Positions 9,566-19,306 of a stretch of 64,000 nt of DNA are shown here, in pieces. The notes under the pieces are model-generated. The model had not been told where the DNA came from. It was given only the letters and a program-made list of their open reading frames with translations, and did no database searches. The DNA is from Parcubacteria group bacterium Gr01-1014_17 (GTDB lineage Bacteria > Patescibacteriota > Minisyncoccia > Phycocordibacterales > UBA10002): contig VMFZ01000005.1 of the NCBI GenBank assembly GCA_007376285.1, forward strand, positions 699-64,698, given 5' to 3'. The translations under genes were made by a program, and so were the position numbers. Each line of letters starts with the position of its first letter. Position 1 is the first letter of the stretch.

Positions 9566-10643
9566 TATAAAAACATTGGACCAGTTTATTACTACCCCAC
9601 AGACGGAAAAAAGGCCGTGGGGTATTTTCAGCATGATTGCGGATGTGCCGGAATTCCGATTTGAGCGATGGGAAATGATTGCGGGAAAATCGGCTTCGTT
9701 TTTGGTTGGCGCGAAACGAGAGGCGACCATTTTTATTGAATCCGGCGCGCTTATTGTTGGAAAAGCGGAGATTCTTGAGCGGCAAGCAATTACTCTGGCG
9801 ACTAAAAAACGGCTCACGCTTCATGCGACTGTAGATACAGTCGCTTATGTGTTCCACGGTCCGCCAAGCGGAAAGGGCGGTTCTAGAAAGATATTTTGCA
9901 CAACTGACTTTCGCGATAAGTACTGGGGTACTATTGAAACAATTGTGAGTACTCCGGGGTATGCGGCAAAGCGGATGCTCGTGAAAAAAGGATGCGCCGC
10001 AAGTTTGGAGTATCATTGCAGAAAGATGGAAAGTTACTACATTCACTCCGGAAAATTGCTTCTTCGTTTGCGCGCCGGGCGCGGCGAGGACCGGTTTTTT
10101 GAAATGGAGGCCGGCGCCGCCGCGCTGATTCCGCCAGGGCTTATGCATCAGCGCGGCGGCAGAGAAGATGCGGTGATTATTGAGATTTCAACAAAAGACG
10201 AAGACAGCGACTCGTTTTTAGTAGAAGATGGGGCGAAACATCCGATGCCTAGACTATGCGCGGGCTTGCCCTCCGTAGCCTTGGCGAAGGAGGGGAAACG
10301 GATTTGTTTTGATATAGACGGCGTGCTATGCAATCAAGTGGAAGGGTTGGACTATCGCGAAGCAAAACCAAACCAAGAGGCGATTGCGCTAGTTAATAAA
10401 CTCTACGACGAAGGGCACACGATATACCTTTTCACCGCGCGTTTTATGGGGCGGAACAAAAATGATTGGAAAAAAGCGTACGAGGATGGGTATGTGTTTA
10501 CAAAAAAGCAACTTGAAAGGTGGGGCGTCAAATTCCACGACTTGTTTTTCGGCAAGCCAAACCTAGATATTATTATTGATGACCGTGCTGTTTTTTATAA
10601 ACCAGATTTACAACTCATTGAAAAAGAAATAAGAAAGAGGTAG
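9552..10643 (+). CDS. Cupin-cupin-HAD phosphatase fusion
   Basis: KRPWG and DKYWG, SLEYHCRKMESYY cupin motifs; C-terminal ICFDIDGVL, TAR, GKP, IDD HAD motifs; start re-called to ATG 9552. Confidence 0.75.
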   Translation: MYGIDIKTLDQFITTPQTEKRPWGIFSMIADVPEFRFERWEMIAGKSASFLVGAKREATIFIESGALIVGKAEILERQAITLATKKRLTLHATVDTVAYVFHGPPSGKGGSRKIFCTTDFRDKYWGTIETIVSTPGYAAKRMLVKKGCAASLEYHCRKMESYYIHSGKLLLRLRAGRGEDRFFEMEAGAAALIPPGLMHQRGGREDAVIIEISTKDEDSDSFLVEDGAKHPMPRLCAGLPSVALAKEGKRICFDIDGVLCNQVEGLDYREAKPNQEAIALVNKLYDEGHTIYLFTARFMGRNKNDWKKAYEDGYVFTKKQLERWGVKFHDLFFGKPNLDIIIDDRAVFYKPDLQLIEKEIRKR

Positions 10644-10709
10644 GATGCAGATAGATTGAAAAGTCGCCTCATCGGCGACTCGCCGAAGAGGCGAGAAAGG
10701 TCTTTGATT

Positions 10710-11384
10710 ATGAGCGAAAATGAATTGTTGCGAACAGTGTGTGCACAGAACAAGCGGTTGGCGGAACTAGGGCTTGTGATACTTACCGAAGGCAATGTGT
10801 CGCAAAGGCAAGATAGTGTAATGGCCATAAAACCGTCCGGTATCCCATACAACAGGCTCACTTCGGACTCCATAGTGATTGTTGGAATTGCAAGTGGTCA
10901 CATACTGATAAGCGAGTTTTCTCGCGCTCCCTCGGTTGACACACCAATTCATCTGGAAATATACCGGCGGTTTCCGGAAGTGGGCGGCATCGCGCATACG
11001 CATTCGCCGTATGCAACTGCATTCGCGCAAGCTGGACAGCCGATTCCGTGTTGTGGGACAACGCACGCTGATGCGTTTTTTGGGGAAGTGCCTGTAACGC
11101 GGATTCTGACCGAACAAGAAGTGGAGGGCGATTATGAACGGAATATTGGCGTACTCATTGCATCAATGCTCAAACCAGATGCTATACCTGCGATACTGAT
11201 GAATGGGCACGGCCCATTTACTGTCGGCAAAACGGCACAGGAGGCAGTTGATAATGCGTTGATTTTGGAAAAAGTTGCCATGTTGGCACTTGTGGGTCTG
11301 CAGCCACTTTACCTGCCTTCGTATTTGCAGAAAAAACATTTTTTGCGAAAGCACGGTCAGGCCGCCTCGTACGGCCAGCTATAG
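10710..11384 (+). CDS. araD: L-ribulose-5-phosphate 4-epimerase-like class II aldolase/epimerase
   Basis: EGNVS, IKPSG, PSVDTPIH, HTHS, GTTHADAF, HGP, HFLRKHG; AGAAAGG SD before ATG 10710. Confidence 0.85.
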   Translation: MSENELLRTVCAQNKRLAELGLVILTEGNVSQRQDSVMAIKPSGIPYNRLTSDSIVIVGIASGHILISEFSRAPSVDTPIHLEIYRRFPEVGGIAHTHSPYATAFAQAGQPIPCCGTTHADAFFGEVPVTRILTEQEVEGDYERNIGVLIASMLKPDAIPAILMNGHGPFTVGKTAQEAVDNALILEKVAMLALVGLQPLYLPSYLQKKHFLRKHGQAASYGQL

Positions 11385-11397
11385 GATTCTCTTTCAC

Positions 11398-11430
11398 AAA
11401 GCGTCTCCCTACGGGAGACGCTTTTCTTTT
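11398..11430 (+). terminator. Intrinsic terminator after araD
   Basis: AAAGCGTCTCCC-TAC-GGGAGACGCTTT followed by TCTTTT. Confidence 0.8.
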
Positions 11431-11457
11431 GTATGTTTTCTGCTATTATGAAAAACC

Positions 11458-12198
11458 ATGAAATTATTTCTTGATTCCGCAAATTTGGGAGAAATCAAAG
11501 AGGCGCTTGAAAGCGGGCTCATTTTAGGCATTACCACAAATCCGTCGCTTCTTTCAAAAGAGCCGAAAGGAAGCTACCTCACGCATATGAAAGACATCGT
11601 TTCGCTCCTTAAAAAAGACGGAAGAAATCTTTCTTTAAGCGTTGAAGTATTTTCCGAGAAGCCGGAGGAAATGTTCAAACAAGCCAGAGAATTTAAAAAA
11701 GCGCTGAAATACAAAAACTTAGCGATAAAGATTCCCGTCAATTATAAAGGGCAAAGTTATCTAGGTGTTGTTCGGCAGTTGAGCGATGAAGGTGTTATGG
11801 TAAATTGCACGGCGTGTATGACACCCCTCCAACTCTCTATGGCCGCCGCGGCAGGCGCACGATTCGTGAGTTTATTTTACAATCGCGTACGCGACGGGGC
11901 GAAAGACACAGAATATGAAGCAGTACGAAAAGAAATGCTGGAAAAGAAAGACATTGAGCAAGCCGATTTTGAACCGAATAATGTGCTCCGCGAGGCGCGC
12001 GCGCTTCTCGCGCCGTACCCCAAAGCGGAAATCATTGCCGGCAGTATTCGCTCGGTATTGGATATTAAAGAGGCGGGGCTTGCCGGCGCGCATATCGTGA
12101 CTGCATCTTTTAAGACGCTCAAAGCCGCGCTCACGCACTTCAAAACCGACCACGCCGTAGGTAATTTTCTGAACGATTTCAAGCAGTGGTGTGCGTAG
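11458..12198 (+). CDS. Transaldolase / FSA family protein
   Basis: LFLDSAN, GITTNPSL, IKIP (Schiff-base Lys), NCT, AGSIR. Confidence 0.9.
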   Translation: MKLFLDSANLGEIKEALESGLILGITTNPSLLSKEPKGSYLTHMKDIVSLLKKDGRNLSLSVEVFSEKPEEMFKQAREFKKALKYKNLAIKIPVNYKGQSYLGVVRQLSDEGVMVNCTACMTPLQLSMAAAAGARFVSLFYNRVRDGAKDTEYEAVRKEMLEKKDIEQADFEPNNVLREARALLAPYPKAEIIAGSIRSVLDIKEAGLAGAHIVTASFKTLKAALTHFKTDHAVGNFLNDFKQWCA

Positions 12199-12228
12199 GG
12201 TTTGTAATGGTAATATATCAACGGCACT

Positions 12229-12945
12229 ATGAATATTATTCACCGAATAAAAAGAACAAAGAAAAGATTTTATATCTGGCGGCGCAACCGTCACTTTCAC
12301 TTGTTCGGTCGTAAATTCATTCCAAAGGCCGAAATCCTTCCTTTTGATTCAAGGAATATTCTGCGCACTGACTATTTTTCCAGACAACTTGAGAAAGTTA
12401 GAAATATAAATGGCTCGGTGATTGAATGCGGTGTGTGGCGCGGCCGTTCCCTCTTCATATTGTCAACGCTTGCCCATAATCGCCGAGTTTTTGCCTTTGA
12501 TTCATTTGAAGGTTTTCCAAGTCCGGAAGGAGGGAAAAATGATAATCCTGAAGCGGCGCTCAAATACCATTTCAAGAACACTTCACCAGAGATGGTTCGT
12601 GAATTTCTGAATATGAGCAAGGCGGTCAGTAAATTACCAGACAATGTACGCATTGTGCAGGGGTATTTTGAAGATATATTACCTCAATGGAAAAAAGAAA
12701 TAGGACAGATTGCGCTCATCCATCTCGACTGCGATATTTATGAATCGTATCATGTATGTTTCTCCAATCTATACGACCAACTGTCCACAGGAGGTTTGAT
12801 CTTGTTTGACGAATATCTGTCAGGAAATAATGCGATTGAATGGCCCGGCGCCAAGAAAGCGATCGATGAATTCTGTGTGCGCACAGGCGAACGCGTTGAG
12901 CATGATGAGCGGTCCAACAAGTATTTCGTGACGAAGCGCCGGTAA
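12229..12945 (+). CDS. TylF/MycF family O-methyltransferase
   Basis: ECGVWRG, FDSFEGFP, HLDCDIYES, LFDEY, WPGA. Confidence 0.9.
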   Translation: MNIIHRIKRTKKRFYIWRRNRHFHLFGRKFIPKAEILPFDSRNILRTDYFSRQLEKVRNINGSVIECGVWRGRSLFILSTLAHNRRVFAFDSFEGFPSPEGGKNDNPEAALKYHFKNTSPEMVREFLNMSKAVSKLPDNVRIVQGYFEDILPQWKKEIGQIALIHLDCDIYESYHVCFSNLYDQLSTGGLILFDEYLSGNNAIEWPGAKKAIDEFCVRTGERVEHDERSNKYFVTKRR

Positions 12946-12977
12946 CTTTTTACGAAGTATAAAAGTTGTGAAGTAAG

Positions 12978-14363
12978 ATGAACCACATACTCGTTTCAGC
13001 GTCAACGGGCGCGTTTGTCCGTAATTTTTTGCGCGGGGGTTTTCTCGATGAAGCCCGACGCACCGGTCTTTTGCTGGTTTTTGTAGTGCCTCCAGAAAAA
13101 ATTGACGCGTATAAAAAAGAATTCGGAGCGCATGGGGTTAGTTTTGAAATAGCGCCGCGGCAAGATTTCTCGTTTTTGGAGTCCTTGTTCAAAACACTAG
13201 AAAAGTGGAGCGTGCATACCCGTTTCATGTTTTTACATCATATGTTTTTTCTCCGGCGGTGCAGTTCGCAAGACGCGTTCTCTGTTCGTATTATTCTTTT
13301 TGCCATACGGATGCTTTTATGGTTTTTGGGGCAATTCCGTTTGTTCCGCGCGTTCGTTCGCTTGGCATATGCGGCTCTGCCTGCGTCGTCCGTGCGCGAA
13401 TTTCTTAAAACCCGCCAGCCCACACTCGTGTTTTGTCCCGCTGTTCTTTACGGTTCAGAGTGGCAATTCATTAAAGAGGCGAAAAAATTAGGCATCAAAA
13501 CAGTCGGCATGCTTTCCAGTTGGGATAATTTTTATTCCAAAACATTTCTGCGCACGCTTCCGGATTATTTGTTGGTGCAAAATGAATTACTCAAACGGCA
13601 AGCGGTAAGTTTTGCGGATTATCCGGAAAAACAAATTCGTGTTGTTGGCGCGCCGCAATATGATCGCCACATTATGCGAATGGGGGTTATAGGAAGGAAC
13701 GAGTTCTTTCGGAGTATTGGTGCGGACCCGGTGAAAAAGCTCATATTGTATGCATTTTCTGGAAAGATAAGCGAAGCCGTTGATAATGAAATGCTCGCCG
13801 TTCTTCATCGCATACTCACAGAAAGCGGATTGGCGCAGGAAGCGCAGGTGCTCGTGAGACCATACCCGAAACGCAATTTTTCTCCGCGGAAAGCGTCATG
13901 GGCAAGGCATACTTTTGGGTTTTTAGTGGAAGAATCATCAACGGAAATTGGCGCAGGGAGAGACAAATGGGAGATGGATGAAAACGCTCTTCGCTTTATG
14001 GCGAACTCGATTGCGCATGCCGATATCGTGATAACCGCATGCTCCACCTTTTTTGTAGAAGCTACGATTTTCGGAGTGCCACTAATCGGTATCTCTTTTG
14101 ACGGCGCGTTGAAACTGGACAAATGGAATTCAACACGCCGTTTTCGCACATGGGAGCATATTGCAGATTTGGAACGGACTTGGGGCGTGTGGTTTGTGGA
14201 AAGCGAAGCGGAACTTACGAAAGCACTTCAAGCATATCTTTCTTCGCGGGCATTGCACGCTGAAGGGCGCAAGTGCATTATAGATGAGCAGCTTGCCGGT
14301 CTTGGTGGCAAAGCGGCGGAGGCGATCGCTCATTCGCTTAAAGATATTCTTAGTGTTGTATGA
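12978..14363 (+). CDS. GT-B transferase, TagF/EpsJ-like C-terminus (SWD-motif paralog 1)
   Basis: SWDNFYSK, VQNE, GAPQYD, VRPYP, HADIV..STFFVEA. Confidence 0.7.
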   Translation: MNHILVSASTGAFVRNFLRGGFLDEARRTGLLLVFVVPPEKIDAYKKEFGAHGVSFEIAPRQDFSFLESLFKTLEKWSVHTRFMFLHHMFFLRRCSSQDAFSVRIILFAIRMLLWFLGQFRLFRAFVRLAYAALPASSVREFLKTRQPTLVFCPAVLYGSEWQFIKEAKKLGIKTVGMLSSWDNFYSKTFLRTLPDYLLVQNELLKRQAVSFADYPEKQIRVVGAPQYDRHIMRMGVIGRNEFFRSIGADPVKKLILYAFSGKISEAVDNEMLAVLHRILTESGLAQEAQVLVRPYPKRNFSPRKASWARHTFGFLVEESSTEIGAGRDKWEMDENALRFMANSIAHADIVITACSTFFVEATIFGVPLIGISFDGALKLDKWNSTRRFRTWEHIADLERTWGVWFVESEAELTKALQAYLSSRALHAEGRKCIIDEQLAGLGGKAAEAIAHSLKDILSVV

Positions 14364-15274
14364 AAAAATTACTATTTTCTTTTTTTAAATTGGCGACTCG
14401 CTTGTTTCAGGGTAAAAATTTGGGCGCATGGATACCCGGCTTGCGCCCGTCCCACCGCTTTTTGCTGAATGCGCTCAAGCCAAAAGGGGTTGTAGAAATA
14501 ATTGTGTTTGGTAAAACGCTTTTTGTAGATACACGCGATTCTGGCGAAGCAAACGAAATAATTTTAGGTGAACAATATAGCCCGTACGAAACAGAAATAT
14601 TCCGCTCGCTGGTAAATCCAGGTATGACAATCGCCGACATTGGTGCGCATATCGGCTACTTCACGATTATGGCAGCGGACTTAGTTGGTCCATCGGGTCG
14701 CGTATACGCATTTGAGCCAGATCCTAAAAATTTCGCGTTATTGTCGCGTTCTATATCCGCGAACCAGTTTGTTAATGTCGTATCGGAGAATAAGGCGGTC
14801 TCAAACAAAGCTGGAATTGAGACATTGTTTCTGGACCGTTCCAATTTAGGTAATATGTCTTTTTCTAGACAAAATATACCTGCCGACTCTTCTGGCGGAA
14901 ATGTTAGTGTGCCCACAGTAACGCTTGATGAGTATTTTTCCGGATTATCATTAGATATCATCAAAATTGATGTGCAGGGTGCAGAAGGCCGCGTGTTTGA
15001 ATGTAGTAAGGATACACTCCATAAGGTGCAGTTTGTACTTGCGGAGTTTTGGCCGTTCGGCTTGCGGAATGTCGGCACTGATCCGCGCGCATTTCTTGAG
15101 ATGTTTGTACGCGCTGGTTTTTCTCTCTATCTGTTGAATGAAGGCGCGCATACCATGAAGAAAAAGACCATCGATGAGCTTCTTTTAATTTCCGGTAATC
15201 GTCCGGAAGGGAAAGGATGGGCGAATATTTTATGCGTGCGTGATTCGCCGCAAGCATTATTATATGGTCATTAA
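14360..15274 (+). CDS. FkbM family methyltransferase
   Basis: DIGAHIGYF, FEPDP, IKIDVQGAE, EFWP. Confidence 0.92.
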   Translation: MKKLLFSFFKLATRLFQGKNLGAWIPGLRPSHRFLLNALKPKGVVEIIVFGKTLFVDTRDSGEANEIILGEQYSPYETEIFRSLVNPGMTIADIGAHIGYFTIMAADLVGPSGRVYAFEPDPKNFALLSRSISANQFVNVVSENKAVSNKAGIETLFLDRSNLGNMSFSRQNIPADSSGGNVSVPTVTLDEYFSGLSLDIIKIDVQGAEGRVFECSKDTLHKVQFVLAEFWPFGLRNVGTDPRAFLEMFVRAGFSLYLLNEGAHTMKKKTIDELLLISGNRPEGKGWANILCVRDSPQALLYGH

Positions 15275-15848
15275 ACCGACTGGTAGCAGGCAAAGTAAAA
15301 TTGTGCGAAGCGGCGAAGCCGCGCGCATATTTCATGCATTCGGACCGAAGAAAGGCCGCGTGCTTGATATGGGGTGCGGCGCATTTCCATTCCAGCCGTC
15401 TGGTAGCGGATATGAAGTAGTGGGGATTGATCAAGACAAAGTAGGGTTTGTGCACTGCGATTTTTCATACGACCAACTCCCGTTTCCAGATGAGTCGCTT
15501 GATGCCGTGACCGCTTGGGAGGTCTTTGAACATCTTGAAAATCCATTTTTTGCGATGCGCGAAGTGCGTCGTGTACTCAAGTCAGGCGGAAGATTTTTTA
15601 TGTCTGTGCCGAATCCAGCGCATATAGAAAGCCGTGTGCACTTCTTTTTATATGGCGATTTACCGCGTTGGCGGCGGCGAAGCGACCATATTTTTATTCC
15701 GCTTCCCGCAATTATGCGTAAGACATTCGCAAAAAGATTCAACCTCATTTCTATGAGGTACGCCTTACCATCTTTATTGGGATTTCGTTTGCCGTTTTGT
15801 GCAGGTAAGCATACTGGGTTGAACGCGGTGTGGATGTTTGAGAAGTGA
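15264..15848 (+). CDS. Class I SAM-dependent methyltransferase
   Basis: VLDMGCG, LPFPDESLD, EVFEHL, RVLKSGG, SVPN. Confidence 0.85.
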   Translation: MVIKPTGSRQSKIVRSGEAARIFHAFGPKKGRVLDMGCGAFPFQPSGSGYEVVGIDQDKVGFVHCDFSYDQLPFPDESLDAVTAWEVFEHLENPFFAMREVRRVLKSGGRFFMSVPNPAHIESRVHFFLYGDLPRWRRRSDHIFIPLPAIMRKTFAKRFNLISMRYALPSLLGFRLPFCAGKHTGLNAVWMFEK

Positions 15849-16572
15849 AATACTTCTCCGCCTTTTGGAGCCATTCCACATCCGTTGTCGTCGTTGCGGG
15901 AATGTTGGTTTCAAATGCGCCAAGGAGTCCTTTTTCCGCAAGGTCGCTCAAAAATTGATGATGTAGACAGAAGTTATCCGGTACGACTAGCGGCAGGTTT
16001 TCAGTTACTACTTGTTTTTTGAGCAGGAAAAAGCCAATGTCTTGTCCATGGTAAAAAGGGTCTGGAGACAACCGGTTATCGTATCTTTCTATCAGGCCCT
16101 TTTTATTGATATGGACATTATTGTTTGGTCCGTAGATTCCGTCTTTGTTTTTGTTTCTGTAGACAGTCATCATCGATGGAACATTAAGCTCGTTAAAGCG
16201 CGCTAGGTGCTTTTCTAAATTGAACGGCCAGTATATGTCATTTTTGTGAAGAACGAAAAAATCATCCAAGAGCGGGATGGCGCGCGCGAAACGCGCGCCA
16301 TGGTTCAGTGCGGAAGGTGCATGCTGGTACGATATTTCTACACCAAATTTTTTTCCACTACCTAAATACTCTGTAATGCTTTCTTCTGCGTGTCCAGTAA
16401 GTATCAAAAAACGTTTAAGCCCGTTTGCCTTGAAAAGTTCAATCAAGTGTTCTAGAAACGGCTTCCTGGCGACTTTTACCATCCCTTTATTTATATTTTT
16501 AGTCAAAGAGATTAACCGCTCGCCGCGTCCACCCGAAAGAATAACGACTTGTGTAATGTTTGACTTTTTCAT
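15751..16572 (-). CDS. Sugar-phosphate nucleotidyltransferase
   Basis: VVILSGGRGERL...K.MVKVARKPFLE, NDIY; convergent overlap of about 98 bp with the methyltransferase. Confidence 0.82.
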   Translation of the reverse strand: MKKSNITQVVILSGGRGERLISLTKNINKGMVKVARKPFLEHLIELFKANGLKRFLILTGHAEESITEYLGSGKKFGVEISYQHAPSALNHGARFARAIPLLDDFFVLHKNDIYWPFNLEKHLARFNELNVPSMMTVYRNKNKDGIYGPNNNVHINKKGLIERYDNRLSPDPFYHGQDIGFFLLKKQVVTENLPLVVPDNFCLHHQFLSDLAEKGLLGAFETNIPATTTTDVEWLQKAEKYFTSQTSTPRSTQYAYLHKTANEIPIKMVRRTS

Positions 16573-16594
16573 TTGATGGTGTCAATCTTTTCAT

Positions 16595-17341
16595 ATGAAT
16601 ATACCGCATTTTAAGCAGTATGCAAATGATTTGCAGGTGATTGAAAAAGCATTTGGCCATCTTCCTGATTTTGATGTGAATGCTGTGTTTGCCACATGGG
16701 AGGCGGGAAATCTATTTCTTCCTGAATGGAAAAACAGTAAGTTATTTGGTTGGTGGATGAATGTAGCTGCGCATATGAGCGTTGCCGCTGTGCTTGGCTA
16801 TAAGTTGTCTTTATTTATGAAAGATTCTCTTGCGAAAGAAGGGTTTACACCGAAAGATATTATAGAAGCACTACTTGTACATGATTGGGCGAAACGTTTG
16901 GAATCTGATGTACTGGCAGATGGCGCAGAAATGGTAATGCGTGAATCAGAGATGCATCATAAGACTCTTTTGCAGTGGTTTCCGGAAAAAGTTACCGAGC
17001 TCACTGCCGCTACGGGTGACAATGGGGTACAAATTACGGACACGCGCCAATTTACCTCTGGCGAGAAAATAATCTTTTACAGCGATTATTGCACTTCTAG
17101 TTGCCGCATCGTTCCTTTCGTAAAACGACTTGAAGAATTACTGCCGCATTTCGCGCGTGGCGGGCGGTACGAAAAAGCGGATGCATACTACAAAAAACAC
17201 TACAGGATGAGCCATAATGAAAAAATAACACAATTACTTGCACCGATTGAGGCGGAGTTTATTGCACTAACAGGAGGCGCAAAAAAAAACTTCCCAGCAT
17301 GTCTCATTCCTGATGAGTTTTGCGAAAATACATATGAATAA
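16595..17341 (+). CDS. Putative HD-domain protein
   Basis: H (AAHMS), HD (LLVHDWAKR), D (FYSDY) spacing. Confidence 0.55.
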   Translation: MNIPHFKQYANDLQVIEKAFGHLPDFDVNAVFATWEAGNLFLPEWKNSKLFGWWMNVAAHMSVAAVLGYKLSLFMKDSLAKEGFTPKDIIEALLVHDWAKRLESDVLADGAEMVMRESEMHHKTLLQWFPEKVTELTAATGDNGVQITDTRQFTSGEKIIFYSDYCTSSCRIVPFVKRLEELLPHFARGGRYEKADAYYKKHYRMSHNEKITQLLAPIEAEFIALTGGAKKNFPACLIPDEFCENTYE

Positions 17342-18413
17342 ACGTATTTTAATCACCGGTTCGGAGGGGTATTTGGGGAGCGTTATTGCGCCGTTTTTAA
17401 TTGAGCGCGGATACGACACAACAGGTCTGGACATCGGTCTTTTTAATGACGCCTTGCTTTATAAAGCGCCGCATTTTCGCGTTATTAAAAAAGACGCGCG
17501 AAATGTTTCCGCAAGAGACCTAAGGGGAATTGACGCAGTTGTGCATCTAGCGGGTATTTCTATAAACGACCCGTTCGGAAACTTGCCTCCAGAAAAACTG
17601 TACGGTCCTACGCGTGAGTACGCACGCAACATAGCGGCGCTATGCAAAAAAGCGGGCGTAAAGTTTATCTTCGCATCAAGTTGTTCAATTTACGGAAAGT
17701 CGGGGGAAGAAATGTTGAACGAGGATTCGGTCGTCCATCCGCAGATTGACTATGCAAAAAACAAACTTCAAGTGGAAGAGGACTTGGCGCTTTTGGCAGA
17801 TAAGAGCTTTTCGCCGATTGCGCTCCGTTTTGCGACTGCGTTTGGAACATCTCCGCGTATGCGGTTTGATATTGTTATAAATATGTTTGCTGGAATGGCG
17901 TTTACGGAAAAGAAAATTACGCTAAACTCGGACGGGCAAGCGTGGCGGCCGAATGTGCATATCTCGGACATTGCGCGCGCCGTGGAATGCGCGCTACGCG
18001 CGGATTATGCGGGCGGGAAATTGCTTGTACTCAATGTGGGTACGGAAAACAATAATATGAAAATTGCAGACATTGCAAACATAGTAAGCGAGGAGTGCGG
18101 AGGCACGCCGATTTTGTTTGCATTCAAGGAAGCGCGCGGCGCAAGAAGCGCATTCGTTACTAGTGCTGCGGTTTCCGCAAGCGGCGCGGATTCGCGCAAT
18201 TATCGCGTGTCGTTCGCACTCGTTAAAGAATACTTTCCAGATTTTGAATGCAAGTATTCAGTTCGCTATGGCGTAAAGGAAATGCTCGCGCAGTTCCGCA
18301 AGATTAATATGACGCCAGCGCAATTTAGAGACCGTGGATTTTACCGAATTAAACGGCTTGAAGATTTGTATTCAAAAGGCGAGATTGACAGCGAGGTAAG
18401 ATTGAAAAAATAA
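17334..18413 (+). CDS. NAD-dependent epimerase/dehydrogenase (extended SDR)
   Basis: ITGSEGYLG, ASSCSIYG, YAKNK, RFATAFG.SPRMRFD. Confidence 0.9.
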   Translation: MNKRILITGSEGYLGSVIAPFLIERGYDTTGLDIGLFNDALLYKAPHFRVIKKDARNVSARDLRGIDAVVHLAGISINDPFGNLPPEKLYGPTREYARNIAALCKKAGVKFIFASSCSIYGKSGEEMLNEDSVVHPQIDYAKNKLQVEEDLALLADKSFSPIALRFATAFGTSPRMRFDIVINMFAGMAFTEKKITLNSDGQAWRPNVHISDIARAVECALRADYAGGKLLVLNVGTENNNMKIADIANIVSEECGGTPILFAFKEARGARSAFVTSAAVSASGADSRNYRVSFALVKEYFPDFECKYSVRYGVKEMLAQFRKINMTPAQFRDRGFYRIKRLEDLYSKGEIDSEVRLKK

Positions 18414-18415
18414 CT

Positions 18416-19297
18416 ATGGAATATCGCGCGCTTGGAAAGACAGGAATGAAAGTGTCGGTGGTGGGAATTGAAACCCATCAGTGGAGCGGTATGGGAGGAA
18501 GATTGTTTTCTGTGCTTGATATTCGCGCTATTCTCGCGCGTGCTGAGAAAAGCGGAATAAACTTTATTGACACCGGCGAATGTTATTTCTTCCACGCCGC
18601 GGAGCGACTTTTAGGGGATGCACTCGGAAAAAACAGAAAGAAATTCATCATTGCAACCAAGTTTGGACACAAGAGCGAGCCGCAAAGAGTTGTTCCTGCG
18701 TGGACGAAAGAAGCGATTCAGAAGTCGTTGGAAAATTCTATGAAAGCACTCAATACTGATTACATTGACCTCTATCAGATTCATCTTAATAGCACTGAAG
18801 ACGCACAGAGCATTCGTACAAATATATCATCTATTAAAGAAGTGTTGCATGAAGCATGGCGCACGGGAAAAGTTCGCGCGGTCGGCATATGTTTGGGCGA
18901 TAATGAATTATTTGACACTAATGGCGCGTTGCTAAAAGATGTTGCGAAAATGCTTGATATAGAAATTGTACAATTCGTTTACAGCCGCCTTGCACGGGAA
19001 GCCGAAAAACAAATTTTGCCTTTTGCGAAAAAGCATGAACTCGGCGTGATTGCGCGCGCGCCGCTCTCTAAAGGATACCTTTCCACGCGTTTTAAGCCGA
19101 CAAATAAGAGTTATGATGCGGAGCGTATGAAAGAAGTTGAGAAAATAAAAGAAACGGAAGTGCCAGCGGGCGCAGATTTGTCGGAATGGGCGATTGCGTG
19201 GTGCGCAAGCAATCCGCTTGTGTCATCGGTTGTTCCTGGGTGCAGCGCGCCGGAACAGATTGATTCTACTGTGCGCGCGCTCAAAATTAAGGTATAG
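18416..19297 (+). CDS. Aldo/keto reductase
   Basis: YRALGKTG, GINFIDT, IATKFG, DYIDLYQIH, VPG. Confidence 0.9.
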   Translation: MEYRALGKTGMKVSVVGIETHQWSGMGGRLFSVLDIRAILARAEKSGINFIDTGECYFFHAAERLLGDALGKNRKKFIIATKFGHKSEPQRVVPAWTKEAIQKSLENSMKALNTDYIDLYQIHLNSTEDAQSIRTNISSIKEVLHEAWRTGKVRAVGICLGDNELFDTNGALLKDVAKMLDIEIVQFVYSRLAREAEKQILPFAKKHELGVIARAPLSKGYLSTRFKPTNKSYDAERMKEVEKIKETEVPAGADLSEWAIAWCASNPLVSSVVPGCSAPEQIDSTVRALKIKV

Positions 19298-19306
19298 TTT
19301 AGCGGT

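Noticed and set aside
10662-10695. Two overlapping small hairpins upstream of araD as a riboswitch
   Set aside because: Only 34 nt with no recognisable aptamer; more likely a tiny REP-like motif, and function cannot be supported.
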